A DNA stretch of 64,000 bases from an uncultured Methylomirabilota bacterium (GTDB lineage: Bacteria; Methylomirabilota; Methylomirabilia; Methylomirabilales; 2-02-FULL-66-22). The notes under the pieces are model-generated. The model searched no databases and had not been told where the DNA came from. It saw only the letters and a list, made by a program, of their open reading frames with translations. The stretch is from assembly GCA_963705305.1 (NCBI GenBank), contig OY970067.1, positions 3,936,001-4,000,000 on the forward strand. Direction: 5' to 3'. The position numbers were made by a program, and so were the translations under genes. Position 1 is the first letter of the stretch, and each line of letters opens with the position of its first letter. This document shows positions 1 through 9,471 of the stretch, piece by piece.

Positions 1-71
1 GGCGCAATGCGGGAGGCTCGGCCGGCGACCGGCGGCCGGGGGCACCGGCGCATCGACAGGACGAGCCGTCC

Positions 72-1685
72 ATGAGCAACATCATGCTGCTCACCCTCTT
101 CGGGGGCATGGCGCTGCTGCTCTACGGGATGCAGCTGGTGGGGGAGGGTCTGCAGCAGGCCGCCGGCGGCAGAATGCGGCAAATCCTCAGTTCGATCACG
201 AGCAATAGTGTGAAGGGCATGATGGTGGGGGCGTTCATCACGGCAGTCATCCAGTCGTCCAGCGCCACCACGGTCATGCTGGTCGGCTTCGCCAGCTCGG
301 GCTTGATGGAGCTGCCCCAGACGATCGGCGTCATTCTGGGGGCCGACATCGGAACGACCTTCACGGTCCAGCTCATCGCGTTCCAGATCTTCGACTATGC
401 GCTGCTCCTAGTGGGCGCAGGCTTTCTGCTCACCTTCATCTCCCGGCGCCGGATGATCAAGTATGTGGGGCAGGCCCTTCTCGGCTTCGGCTTCATCTTC
501 TTCTCGATGAAGGTCATGTCGGACGCCATGGTGCCGTTGCGGGATAGCGACCTGGTGAAGACGCTGCTGGTCTCATTGGGAAGCCAGCCGCTCCTCGGCA
601 TCATCGTGGCGGCTACCTTCTCGGCGCTGGTCCACAGCTCCGCCGCAACCATCGGTCTCGCGATCACCCTCTCTCTGCAGGACCTGCTGCCCCTGTCGGC
701 CGCAATCCCGGTGATCTTGGGGGCCAATATCGGGACCTGCGCCACGGCTCTGGCCAGCTCGATCGGCACCAAGGCAGAGGCCAAGCGGGTTGCCATGGCC
801 CACATCTTCTTCAAGGTGCTGGGCGTGCTAATATTCCTGCCGTTCATCGAGCCCTTCTCCCGGCTCGTGCGACTGACGGCGGCTGATGTCCCGCGCCAGA
901 TCGCCAACGCGCACACCCTCTTCAACGTCGCCCTGACCATGCTGTTCCTGCCCTTTGCGCCGCTGATGGCGCGGCTGATTTCCGGCCTGGTGCCCGTCGA
1001 CCGGGAGGGGGACAGCCTCTTCAAGGCCAAGTACCTGGATGATCACATCCTGGATACCCCCGCCCTGGCGCTCGGGCAAGCGACGCGGGAGGCACTGCGG
1101 ATGGCCGACATCGTCTCCGAGATGCTCGGCAAGACCGTCCGCGCCTTCACGGCCGACGATCCTGAGCTCATCGACTCCATCGAGGAGCAGGACAACCAGG
1201 TGGATACTCTCGACCGGGAGATCAAGCATTATCTGACGAAGCTCTCGCAACAGAGCCTCACCGACGAGCAGAGCAAGCGGGAGATCTCCATCCTGTCGTT
1301 CGTGAACAACATGGAGAACATCGGGGACATCGTCGACCGAAACCTCATGGAGCTGGCCAAAAAGAGGGTCAATAAGGGCGCCCACTTCTCCGAGGCGGGG
1401 ATCCAGGAGATCACGCTTCTGCACAAGAAGGTGCTGCAGAACCTGGAGCTGGGCATTGCTGCGTTCGCCAGCAACGACCCCGCCTTGGCCCAGCAGGTGC
1501 TGGAGCGCAAGCTGGAGGTGAGCCAGACCGAGCGTCGATTCCGCCAGGCGCACATCGAGCGGCTGCACGCAGGGTACCGCGAGTCGATCGATACCAGCGA
1601 GATCCATCTGGACGTGCTCACCAATCTCAAGCGAATCAACTCCCACGTCACCGCCGTGGCCTACCCCGTCCTGGAGAGCGCCTGA
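72..1685 (+). CDS. Na+/Pi cotransporter family protein (NptA/YjbB-like) with C-terminal PhoU-like domains
   Basis: Two QSSSATT / HSSAATI repeats with ILGA(D/N)IGT, many hydrophobic helices, cytoplasmic helical C-terminus (ENIGD, LKRINSH). Confidence 0.92.
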   Translation: MSNIMLLTLFGGMALLLYGMQLVGEGLQQAAGGRMRQILSSITSNSVKGMMVGAFITAVIQSSSATTVMLVGFASSGLMELPQTIGVILGADIGTTFTVQLIAFQIFDYALLLVGAGFLLTFISRRRMIKYVGQALLGFGFIFFSMKVMSDAMVPLRDSDLVKTLLVSLGSQPLLGIIVAATFSALVHSSAATIGLAITLSLQDLLPLSAAIPVILGANIGTCATALASSIGTKAEAKRVAMAHIFFKVLGVLIFLPFIEPFSRLVRLTAADVPRQIANAHTLFNVALTMLFLPFAPLMARLISGLVPVDREGDSLFKAKYLDDHILDTPALALGQATREALRMADIVSEMLGKTVRAFTADDPELIDSIEEQDNQVDTLDREIKHYLTKLSQQSLTDEQSKREISILSFVNNMENIGDIVDRNLMELAKKRVNKGAHFSEAGIQEITLLHKKVLQNLELGIAAFASNDPALAQQVLERKLEVSQTERRFRQAHIERLHAGYRESIDTSEIHLDVLTNLKRINSHVTAVAYPVLESA

Positions 1686-1755
1686 TGCCTGGAGAGGCAA
1701 GGTCGCCGCGCTCCGGACCGGAGCCTGGCCTGCGACGGGGAGCAGGGGCGGCCTG

Positions 1756-2677
1756 ATGGCGCGGCGACCCACAGAGCAATCCGCAGCGCGACGGCGCTCC
1801 CCGCGCGCGGCCGCGCGAGGGAAATCGTCGTCATATCGGATGGGACCGGGCGGACCGCCGAGATGGTCGTGCGCGCCGCCCTGGTCCAATTCCGCGGGGC
1901 GGACGTGCAGATCCGCGTCCTCTCCCAGGTGCAAACCGCAGAGGGGGTGCGCCGGGCGGTCCGGGAGGTGGCGGAGAGCGGCGGGCTCGTCGTGCACACG
2001 CTGGTCTCCTCGGAGCTGCGGAATCTGATGCTCACGGAAGGCCGGGCGCGAGAGGTTCCCACCATCGACCTTTTGGGACCCCTCCTGCTGCGGCTGGAGG
2101 ACCTGATCCAGCTCCAGCCACTCGCCAGGCCCGGGTTGTTCCGCGAGCAGGATGCGGAGTATCGCCGCCGGTTCGAGGTCGTCGAGTTCACCGTCAGACA
2201 CGACGACGGACAGGATCCCCACGGCCTGCCGCTGGCGGATCTCGTGTTGGTCGGAGTCTCCCGCACCTCCAAGACGCCGCTCAGTATGCTGCTGGCATGG
2301 CGGGGCTTGCGGGTGGCCAATATTCCGGTGGTAGATAACCTCCCGCTGCCGGAAGAGGTGGCGCGCCTCGATCCGCATCGAGTCGTGGCGCTCACGATCA
2401 AGGCCGATCGGCTCTTGGAGCTTCGCCGCTCCCGGCTGCAGCAGATGGAGACTCCCCGAAATTTCCTTACGCCGATCCGCGGCAGATCTGGATGGAACTG
2501 GACTACGCCCAGCGCCTCTTCTCGCGCTATGGGTGGCCGGTGGTGGATGTCACCGACAAGTCATTGGAAGAAGCAGCAGGGGAGGTGCTGGTTCTGACCG
2601 GAGTGGAGCAGGCCTCGTCCCGCGCAGCCGGACGGCCGAGCGGCCTGCCGCCGGCGTGGCGGCGCACGTCGGAGTGA
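1756..2677 (+). pseudogene. ppsR: PEP synthase / pyruvate,phosphate dikinase regulatory kinase-pyrophosphorylase (DUF299), split by two -1 frameshifts
   Basis: IVVISDGTGRTA, DDG, LVGVSRTSKTPLS and ANIP in the 1863 frame; C-terminus YADPRQIWMELDYAQRLF..WPVVDVTDKSLEE in another frame from ~2459; no in-frame ATG/GTG/TTG upstream of IVVISDGTG, probable ATG at 1756 in a third frame. Could be sequencing error. Confidence 0.8.
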
Positions 2678-2760
2678 CCCGCGCAGCGCGGAAGCCGATC
2701 CCCGCCTCCCGCGTGACCGGCTTGACGTGGCTGCCAGGGCCCCATCAAGGAGGGGCGATC

Positions 2761-2994
2761 ATGACCATCAGCGCCTACTTGTTCATCGAGACGAGCCTGG
2801 GGAAAGCGACGGGGGTGGCGGAGAGCCTGTGTGCACTGCCGGGTGTAAAGATGGCGCACGCGGTGACGGGCACCTACGATGTCATCGCGCTGGTCGAGGC
2901 GGCGGATCTCGCCACGTTGGGCGAGCTCGTCAGCACCCGCGTCCATCGCCTGCCCGGCGTGCTCAAGACCATCACCAACGTGGTTGTGAAGTGA
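2761..2994 (+). CDS. Lrp/AsnC ligand-binding (RAM) domain protein, stand-alone
   Basis: AYLFIET..G....VAE.L....GV..AHAVTGTYDVIA pattern; AGGAGG RBS before ATG 2761. Confidence 0.88.
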   Translation: MTISAYLFIETSLGKATGVAESLCALPGVKMAHAVTGTYDVIALVEAADLATLGELVSTRVHRLPGVLKTITNVVVK

Positions 2995-3078
2995 CGCGCG
3001 GACGCGCGGCGCGGGGCGGCGGTCGAGGGCGATGCAGGGGCCCCGGGGCGGCGCGGGGCGGCGCCGAGAGGAGCAGCC

Positions 3079-4083
3079 ATGGAGGCCCCCTACCTCCGGA
3101 AGGATCCGGTAACGCAGCGCTGGGTCATCATCGCGCCGGACCGCGCCGAACTTCCCGCCGGCGTGGAGCGGCGCGGCGTGGACCCTCTCCCCGCGGAGGT
3201 GTGCCCGTTTTGCCCGGGCAACGAAGATCGGACGGGAGGGGAGATCTACGCGGATCGCGAGCCGGGGGAGGCGAGCAGTCGATCCGGCTGGCGCGTGCGG
3301 GTCGTCGCGGACCAGCTGCCCATCCTGCGCATTGAGGGGGGATTAGGGCGGAACGCCGAGGGGATGTACGACGGCATGAGCGGCATCGGGGCCCACGAGA
3401 TCGTGATCGAGACCCCCCAGCACGCGCAGCACTGGGCCGGCCTGGACCTGCCCCAGGTCGAGCGTATTCTTCGCGCTGTCCAATTGCGCAGCATGGACCT
3501 CCGAAATGACCCTCGGTTCCGCCAGGTGCTCTGGGCCAAGAATCACGGTCGGGTCACCAGCCCCTTCCAGCATCCGCATTCACATGTGGTGGCCACCCCC
3601 TTTGTACCCCGGGCGATCGAAGAGGAGCTGAAGGGCTTTGAGGAGTATGCGCGATGGAAGGAGCGCTGCGTTCTCTGCGACATGGTCAAGCAGGAGATGC
3701 AGGACGCCCGCCGGATCGTCTTGCACGAGGAGGGCGTCCTCGCCTTCGTGCCCTTTGCCGCCCGGTTCCCCTACGAGACTTGGATTGTTCCCATCGCCCA
3801 TGAACACGATTTTGGCCGGACGGCCGCCGAGACTGTCCGCGCCCTCGCTCGCATCCTTCAGGAAATCCTCCGGCGTCTGCGAGAGGCGCTGGACGACCCT
3901 CCCTACGCGCTCGTTTTGCACTCGTCCCCCCTGGGAGAATTTTTCCGTGAAGAGTATCACTGGCACCTGGAGCTGGTGCCGCGGCCCCTCCTCGGCCTGG
4001 GCCTGGAATGGGGAACGGGGGTCTACATCAATCCCGTTCCCCCCGAGCAGGCGGCATCAGTCGTCCAGGCGGCCCGGGAGTAG
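3079..4083 (+). CDS. galT: Galactose-1-phosphate uridylyltransferase family (HIT superfamily)
   Basis: LRKDP..WVII, CPFCPGNE, GIGAHEIVIETP, HPHSH catalytic motif, C..C, YHWH. Confidence 0.9.
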   Translation: MEAPYLRKDPVTQRWVIIAPDRAELPAGVERRGVDPLPAEVCPFCPGNEDRTGGEIYADREPGEASSRSGWRVRVVADQLPILRIEGGLGRNAEGMYDGMSGIGAHEIVIETPQHAQHWAGLDLPQVERILRAVQLRSMDLRNDPRFRQVLWAKNHGRVTSPFQHPHSHVVATPFVPRAIEEELKGFEEYARWKERCVLCDMVKQEMQDARRIVLHEEGVLAFVPFAARFPYETWIVPIAHEHDFGRTAAETVRALARILQEILRRLREALDDPPYALVLHSSPLGEFFREEYHWHLELVPRPLLGLGLEWGTGVYINPVPPEQAASVVQAARE

Positions 4084-4118
4084 CGGCCCGGCCCGCTTTC
4101 CGCCGCCGCGCAGGACGG

Positions 4119-4147
4119 TTGACGCTCGCGGATACGTGCTGTAGGCT
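4119..4147 (+). promoter_or_regulatory. Putative sigma-70 promoter
   Basis: TTGACG-17 bp-TAGGCT upstream of the PPIase gene. Confidence 0.5.
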
Positions 4148-4295
4148 CCAGCCCGTCCCCCGGGGAGGTGTGTCAGGCTGCGCGCTCTGCCGATCAGTGG
4201 GTGCGGCGGCAGGGGACGGGGGTGGGATCGACCGGCGATCCCGGGCGGCGGGCCGTGTGCGGGGCCGGTCGGGGGCGAGAGAAAGCGAGGTGGGC

Positions 4296-5141
4296 ATGCG
4301 CGCCTGGGCGGTAACGGTAGCAGGGCTTCTGCTGGTGGCGGCGGCCGGAGCGTCCGCCTGGGCTGCGGATGCTCCCGCCCCAGAACCGGAATCAAGTCTG
4401 GTGCTGGCCCGCGTGAACGGGGTGGCGATCACCTACGGCGATCTCAAGCTGCGGGTTGAGATGTTGGGACAGGCAAGCGACTCCCTCCCGCTGGAGCGGC
4501 GACGGGAGCTTCTGCGCGCCCTGGTGCGCGAGGAGATCCTGGCGCAAGAAGCGGACAAGGTTAAGCTGAGCGAAGAGCCGGCGATCAAGGAGCGGTTGGA
4601 GGAGTTGCGCCGCCAGGTGGTCATTGAAGAACTGTTGAAACGGAACGTGGCCTCCCGGGTCCAGATCGGTGATGCCGACCTGCACCGCGCCTATGACGAG
4701 AATACCGAGATGTTCACCATCGAGGAGGTCGGCGCCAGCCACATCATGGTGAAGACACAGGCCGAGGCGGAGGCGATCCGGCTGGAGCTCCTGGCGGGCA
4801 AGGACTTTGCCGAGCTGGCCAGGGCCACCTCGCAGGATACGGGCAGCGCCGCCAAGGGGGGCGATCTCGGGATGCTCGGGCGCGGGCAGACGGCCCCCGA
4901 ATTCGAAGAGGCTGCCTTCGCGCTGAAGGAGGGGGAGATCAGCCAGGTGGTCAAGACCGAATTCGGCTACCACATCATCAAGGGCGGAAAGCATACGCGG
5001 GTCACGCGCCCATTCGAAGAGGTCAAGGACCAGCTCCGGCAGATGCTGATGCAGCGCAAGCAGCGAGAGGCGCTGCTCGCGTACATGGGCGAGCTGGAGA
5101 AGGCGGCGAAGACGGAGATCTACGAGGACAGGCTGCAGTGA
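4296..5141 (+). CDS. Exported PpiC/parvulin-type peptidyl-prolyl isomerase (PrsA/SurA-like)
   Basis: Signal peptide, ARVNG..IT, ASHIMVK, DFAELARATSQD.GSAAKGGDLG, KTEFGYHII; start moved to ATG 4296 after GAGGTG. Confidence 0.9.
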   Translation: MRAWAVTVAGLLLVAAAGASAWAADAPAPEPESSLVLARVNGVAITYGDLKLRVEMLGQASDSLPLERRRELLRALVREEILAQEADKVKLSEEPAIKERLEELRRQVVIEELLKRNVASRVQIGDADLHRAYDENTEMFTIEEVGASHIMVKTQAEAEAIRLELLAGKDFAELARATSQDTGSAAKGGDLGMLGRGQTAPEFEEAAFALKEGEISQVVKTEFGYHIIKGGKHTRVTRPFEEVKDQLRQMLMQRKQREALLAYMGELEKAAKTEIYEDRLQ

Positions 5142-5326
5142 GATTTTCCCGGCTTCGCCTGATGGCCTTGCCGGCATCGGTGCTGGCGTTCGTGGCGGCG
5201 GCATTCCAGATGCGCGGGGTTCGCTGGGGGCTGGGGGGCGCGTTCGGCCGGCTGGACGGCAGGCTGTTCTTTTGGGGCGGGGTGGCGCTGTTCTTCCTGG
5301 CTGTCTGGGGCCGGCCTGGCACCTGA
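5138..5326 (+). CDS. Small hypothetical membrane protein
   Basis: GTGA overlap with the PPIase stop; two hydrophobic segments in 62 aa. Confidence 0.45.
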   Translation: MRFSRLRLMALPASVLAFVAAAFQMRGVRWGLGGAFGRLDGRLFFWGGVALFFLAVWGRPGT

Positions 5327-5776
5327 GGCCGCAGCTGCCCGTCGGAGACGGGCAGGGATGGCCGCCGATCCGATCGGGATCGGTGAGCCCTCGACCATTG
5401 CACGCAGCCGGAGGTGCCGGCGCGGATGCGGAATCTCATGCGGGGGAAGCGGTGGGGCCGGCCCCCATGGACAGCGGGTCGCCGCCCCCCTCGTCGGCGG
5501 ATCGAGACGAATGTCCGCTCCCCGGCATCTGCCGGAGCTGTTCTCTCCTGAGTCTCCCGCTTCCTGCCTCTTGCCCGCCCAGCTCTCGCGCAGGTGCCCG
5601 CGGACTCCGCCCGGCTCTGGCAGCGTGCGGCCGAGATCGGCCGGGCAGGGCGAGCGGTCTGGTGGAACCCCGTCACGCGCCGGAGATCCCTCGGCGCTGA
5701 GGCAGACCCGACGGGGCGAGGGGATGCGGCAGGTGGAGGCGGAAAGGGGCCGTGGAGGGGGCTCGCGATGGGCGGG

Positions 5777-5818
5777 AAAATGCGTCACGCCGCGGTTTCC
5801 GGAAACCGCGGCGTGACG
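5777..5818 (-). terminator. Hairpin terminator downstream of tRNA-Leu
   Basis: Perfect 36-bp palindrome CGTCACGCCGCGGTTTCC|GGAAACCGCGGCGTGACG (5783-5818) followed on the minus strand by CATTTT. Confidence 0.7.
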
Positions 5819-5829
5819 GGTGGCTTTCC

Positions 5830-5916
5830 TGGTGCCGAAGGGGAGACTCGAACTCCCACGGGGGAACCCCCACTACGCCCTGAACGTAGCGCGTCTACCA
5901 GTTCCGCCACTTCGGC
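5830..5916 (-). tRNA. tRNA-Leu(CAG)
   Basis: Reverse complement GCCGAAGTGGCGGAACTGGTAGACGCGCTACGTT-CAG-GGCGTAG..GTTCGAGTC..CTTCGGCACCA; long variable arm, encoded CCA. Confidence 0.97.
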
Positions 5917-5925
5917 GTGCCATTC

Positions 5926-5954
5926 TTTTTAGAGTTTTCGAGGTGAAAAGTCAA
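5926..5954 (-). promoter_or_regulatory. Putative sigma-70 promoter of tRNA-Leu
   Basis: Minus strand TTGACT-17 bp-TAAAAA just upstream of the tRNA 5' end. Confidence 0.6.
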
Positions 5955-6030
5955 CCGAAATTCGGGAGCGCCGATTCCCCCGCACTCGCGGGCGGGGCAG
6001 GCGCACGCCACGCGGCTGGAGGGGCGAGCG

Positions 6031-6867
6031 GTGGGGGAGGCACGGATCATCACGCTGCTCACCGACTTCGGGCAGGGTGAGCCTTTTGTTGGAATCATGA
6101 AGGGGGTCATTTTGGGCCGCTGCCGCGAGGCGACGGTGGTGGATCTGACCCACCAGATTCCGGCGTTCGACATCTTGGGGGCCAGCTTTCTCCTCCAATC
6201 CGCCATGCCCGTCTTCCCGCCAGGCTCGATTCACGTGGCCGTGGTGGACCCGGGGGTCGGCGGCCAGCGCCGGCCGCTGGTGGCCGAAATCGGCGATCAG
6301 CTGTTGGTGGCCCCGGATAACGGGATCCTTACGTACCCCCTGGCCGAGCAGGAGGGGGCGATCGTCCGAGAAATCACCGCTGCGGAGTATTTCCGCCACC
6401 CGGTCAGCACCACGTTCCACGGCCGGGACATCTTTGCATCCGTGGCCGGTCACCTGGCCGCGGGGCTGGCGCCGGAGCGGCTGGGGCCGGTTATTCACGA
6501 CCAGGCGCGCTTGCCGATTCCCCGCGTGTGCACCCCCGAGCCGGGCCAGCTTTCAGGGTGCATCCTCTGGGTGGACCGCTTCGGCAATTGCATCACCAAC
6601 ATCCGGCGGGAGGACGTGGAGGGACTGGTCCGCTCCGGAAAGCAGGGCGGCCAGCTGGCCCTGAATGGAGAGCCGGTGGGACCGCTGGTGGGCTGCTTCG
6701 CGGATGCCGGTCCGGGGGGCTGCGGGTGCGTGATCGGCAGCGCCGGCCGTCTGGAGCTCTTCTGCAATCAAGGCGACTTCGCCGGCCGCCGGGGACTCCA
6801 GGCAGGGATGGATGTTCGCCTCGAGATGGTGGCCGATCCAGCGCCGCGGCAGCCGCGAGGGAGATAA
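6031..6867 (+). CDS. SAM hydroxide adenosyltransferase / SAM-dependent halogenase family (DUF62)
   Basis: ITLLTDFG, DLTH, VAVVDPGVG, APDNG, STTFHGRDIF, VDRFGN. Confidence 0.92.
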   Translation: MGEARIITLLTDFGQGEPFVGIMKGVILGRCREATVVDLTHQIPAFDILGASFLLQSAMPVFPPGSIHVAVVDPGVGGQRRPLVAEIGDQLLVAPDNGILTYPLAEQEGAIVREITAAEYFRHPVSTTFHGRDIFASVAGHLAAGLAPERLGPVIHDQARLPIPRVCTPEPGQLSGCILWVDRFGNCITNIRREDVEGLVRSGKQGGQLALNGEPVGPLVGCFADAGPGGCGCVIGSAGRLELFCNQGDFAGRRGLQAGMDVRLEMVADPAPRQPRGR

Positions 6868-6990
6868 GGGGCGGCGTCATCGATTTTGATTGAAAAGCGG
6901 CTCCGGTTCGCTACCGTATGGGGCGCCCATGGGGCGGGGCCCGGCGGCCCCTGGGCGGGGTCGAACCGCCACAATGTGCATGCGTGATCC

Positions 6991-7284
6991 GTGAAAGACA
7001 GACCAGACGGACCGGCCCGCCAGAGAGACGCGGATCAGCCCGCGAAGTTTCTCGATCTGGTGCTCATGCTCGGTGACAGCGCGCTGGCTCATCTGGGAGC
7101 CGGCCCGGGTGCCGCCGAAGGTGGGGCCGGCGTGGATGTGGAGCGGGCAAGGCAGGCAATCGACCTGCTCGATCTCCTGAAACAAAAGACGGCGGGCAAC
7201 CTGACGAGCCAGGAAGCCTCGGTATTGGACGCAGTCCTGTTCGATCTGCGCATCCGCTTTGTCAATGTGGTGAAGAAGCCATGA
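6991..7284 (+). CDS. DUF1844 family protein
   Basis: F..LV..L...AL.HLG ... ARQAIDLL..L..KT.GNLT..E...L..VL..LR..FV. Confidence 0.85.
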   Translation: MKDRPDGPARQRDADQPAKFLDLVLMLGDSALAHLGAGPGAAEGGAGVDVERARQAIDLLDLLKQKTAGNLTSQEASVLDAVLFDLRIRFVNVVKKP

Positions 7285-9419
7285 GGCGGTGTTGGGGGCG
7301 GGCAGGCTGCATAGCGATCCTGGGCTGCTGTCTGGCGATGCTCGCCCGTCCGGCGGCGGCTCTCCAGATCGCTCCGACGCTCGAGGTGCAGGAGGCACAT
7401 GCGCTCCAGCAGCGCATTCTGACGGCGCTCCCCCAGCTGGCGGCGCGGCAGCCCCGCGATAATTCCCGGCTGTCTCCTGAGATTCTCCGCCAGCTCCAGG
7501 AGCGCATGGAGACCCTCCGGACGCAGGAGGCGGACAATCCCTTTCTGGACTGGGCGGAAGGGGTGATCCTCCAGCAGACGGACGACCCCGGTTCCGCGCG
7601 GACGGCGTTCGAGCGGGCGGCAAAGGCAGCCGGATCCCGTTTTCTGGTTCACTGGCTCCTCTGGCAGGATTTCCTGGCGCGCTCGCTAGACGAGGCGGCG
7701 GTTCAGGAGGAGGCGCGGCTGCAGGAGATCATGGTCAGGTGGGGGCTCTCCCGGTTCCCGCTCCTCTCGTCGGAGCTGATCCGGTACGCGGGCGAGGCAA
7801 TGGATTCCGGCGATGCCGATCGGGCCTTTATCCTCTACGGGCGGGCCGCGTCGTACACCCCCGAGATGCCCCGCGCGCTGATCGGCCTGGCTGCGGCTAC
7901 CTGGCAGGCGCACAAGCTTCGCTTCATGGAGGCGGGGTGGGACGTGCTGTGCGGCCTAGCCCCGGCGCTGCGCACGGGGATCGCCCGTTCGTACCTCAGC
8001 CGAAACCTCCTGCTGAGCCTGACGGTAGCCTGGCTGGCTGTCCTGTGCCTGGTCGCGGGGATCTTCGGGCTGAAGACCCAGCCCCTCTTCGCCCATGAAG
8101 TGCTGCGCCACGGGGTCATTCGGGTCGCGCCAGAGGCGAGGTTCGGCCTCGGCCTCTTGCTGTTCCTCCTGCCCCTGGCCCTCGGGCTGGGCCTCGTGTG
8201 GACCGCCGTCTGGGCGATGCTCGTCTCGGCCCCCTTTCTCACGCGGCGCGAGGGGCTGCTGGTGTCCGCCCTCTTCGTGGGTCTGGCGATCATGCCCATC
8301 GGGTACCGGTGGATCGCCACCGGCCACCTGCGGGCCTCCTCGCCGCATCTCGCCCTGGCGCAGGCGGTGGAGCGGGGGGAGCGCGGGGAGGGTCTGGTAG
8401 GCGGGTTGCGCCAGTGGAGCCAGGAGGGGCCCGACAGCGGGCTCGCCTCCTATTACCTCGGGCTGGTGTTGAAGCGTCGGGGTGACCTGGAGGGCGCCCA
8501 GGCCGCCATGGCGAAGGCGGGACAGGAGCGGCCGAGGGCGGCCTTTGTCCAGGTGGGATTGGGGAACCTGGATTTCCTGCAGGGGCGTGTTGCCGATGCG
8601 GAAGCGGCCTATCTTCGCGCGGTTGACCAGGGACCTCCATCGGCAACCGTCCAGATGAATCTGGCCCAGGTGTATGCGCAGCGGATGCAGCTCGATCAGT
8701 ATGACCTCGCCGTGGCCAGAAGCCTCAAGTTGGATCCGCACATGTTGAGCACGGTTTCCCGGTTTCACGCCGCCGGGGTGACCGGCCTGGTTTCCGACGA
8801 GAGCGTTCCCTGGGACGTGCTGGCGGGGGCGGTGACCCCCCCGCCTGCGGCGATCGAAGAGGTCGCCGAAGGGCTTTGGGGGTCCCCGCTTCGCGGGATC
8901 CGGCTGCCCGTGCTCCCCGGAGTGGCGGCGGGTCTCCTGCTGATCTTCTGGGGGTATCGCTTCGCCCGGAGGGAGAGCCTGCCCGCACGTCACTGCGAGG
9001 AGTGTGGCCGGATCTTCTGCGGCACGTGTCGGACCAGCGCGAAAGAACGGCGCTACTGCCCCCGCTGTGCCGGATCCGGTCAGCGGGAGGGGGTGGCTGC
9101 GGTGGTCCGAACGCGCCGACTCCGCGAAACCGAGGAATGGCTGGCACGGGAGCAGACGCGCACCGAGGTCCTGGGGACCCTGCTGCCGGGCGGGAGCGAT
9201 TTGTATTCCGGCCGGCTGCTTCCCGGCTTCCTCTTGTGCCTGGCGGGCGTTTGGATCGCTCTGGAGGGATTGCTGCTTCCCGCCCTGACGCCAAGCCTGC
9301 GGTTGCCGTCCCCGCTGCCGTGGACGATCCGGTGGCTGGCGGCGTTGGCGGTCTTGAGTGGGCTGTATTTCGTGTCCCGGCGTCGCTGCCGGCAGAAACC
9401 GGAACCGCAGATGCCATGA
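7281..9419 (+). CDS. Multi-pass membrane TPR protein with C-terminal Cys-rich zinc finger
   Basis: Signal-like N-terminus, TPR-like helices, TM block, CEECGRIFCGTC...YCPRC. Confidence 0.75.
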   Translation: MRRCWGRAGCIAILGCCLAMLARPAAALQIAPTLEVQEAHALQQRILTALPQLAARQPRDNSRLSPEILRQLQERMETLRTQEADNPFLDWAEGVILQQTDDPGSARTAFERAAKAAGSRFLVHWLLWQDFLARSLDEAAVQEEARLQEIMVRWGLSRFPLLSSELIRYAGEAMDSGDADRAFILYGRAASYTPEMPRALIGLAAATWQAHKLRFMEAGWDVLCGLAPALRTGIARSYLSRNLLLSLTVAWLAVLCLVAGIFGLKTQPLFAHEVLRHGVIRVAPEARFGLGLLLFLLPLALGLGLVWTAVWAMLVSAPFLTRREGLLVSALFVGLAIMPIGYRWIATGHLRASSPHLALAQAVERGERGEGLVGGLRQWSQEGPDSGLASYYLGLVLKRRGDLEGAQAAMAKAGQERPRAAFVQVGLGNLDFLQGRVADAEAAYLRAVDQGPPSATVQMNLAQVYAQRMQLDQYDLAVARSLKLDPHMLSTVSRFHAAGVTGLVSDESVPWDVLAGAVTPPPAAIEEVAEGLWGSPLRGIRLPVLPGVAAGLLLIFWGYRFARRESLPARHCEECGRIFCGTCRTSAKERRYCPRCAGSGQREGVAAVVRTRRLRETEEWLAREQTRTEVLGTLLPGGSDLYSGRLLPGFLLCLAGVWIALEGLLLPALTPSLRLPSPLPWTIRWLAALAVLSGLYFVSRRRCRQKPEPQMP

Positions 9420-9471
9420 ACCACGGGGGGGAACTGCCGCAGTTCCGCCCCCCGCTATATGAGGCCGACCG

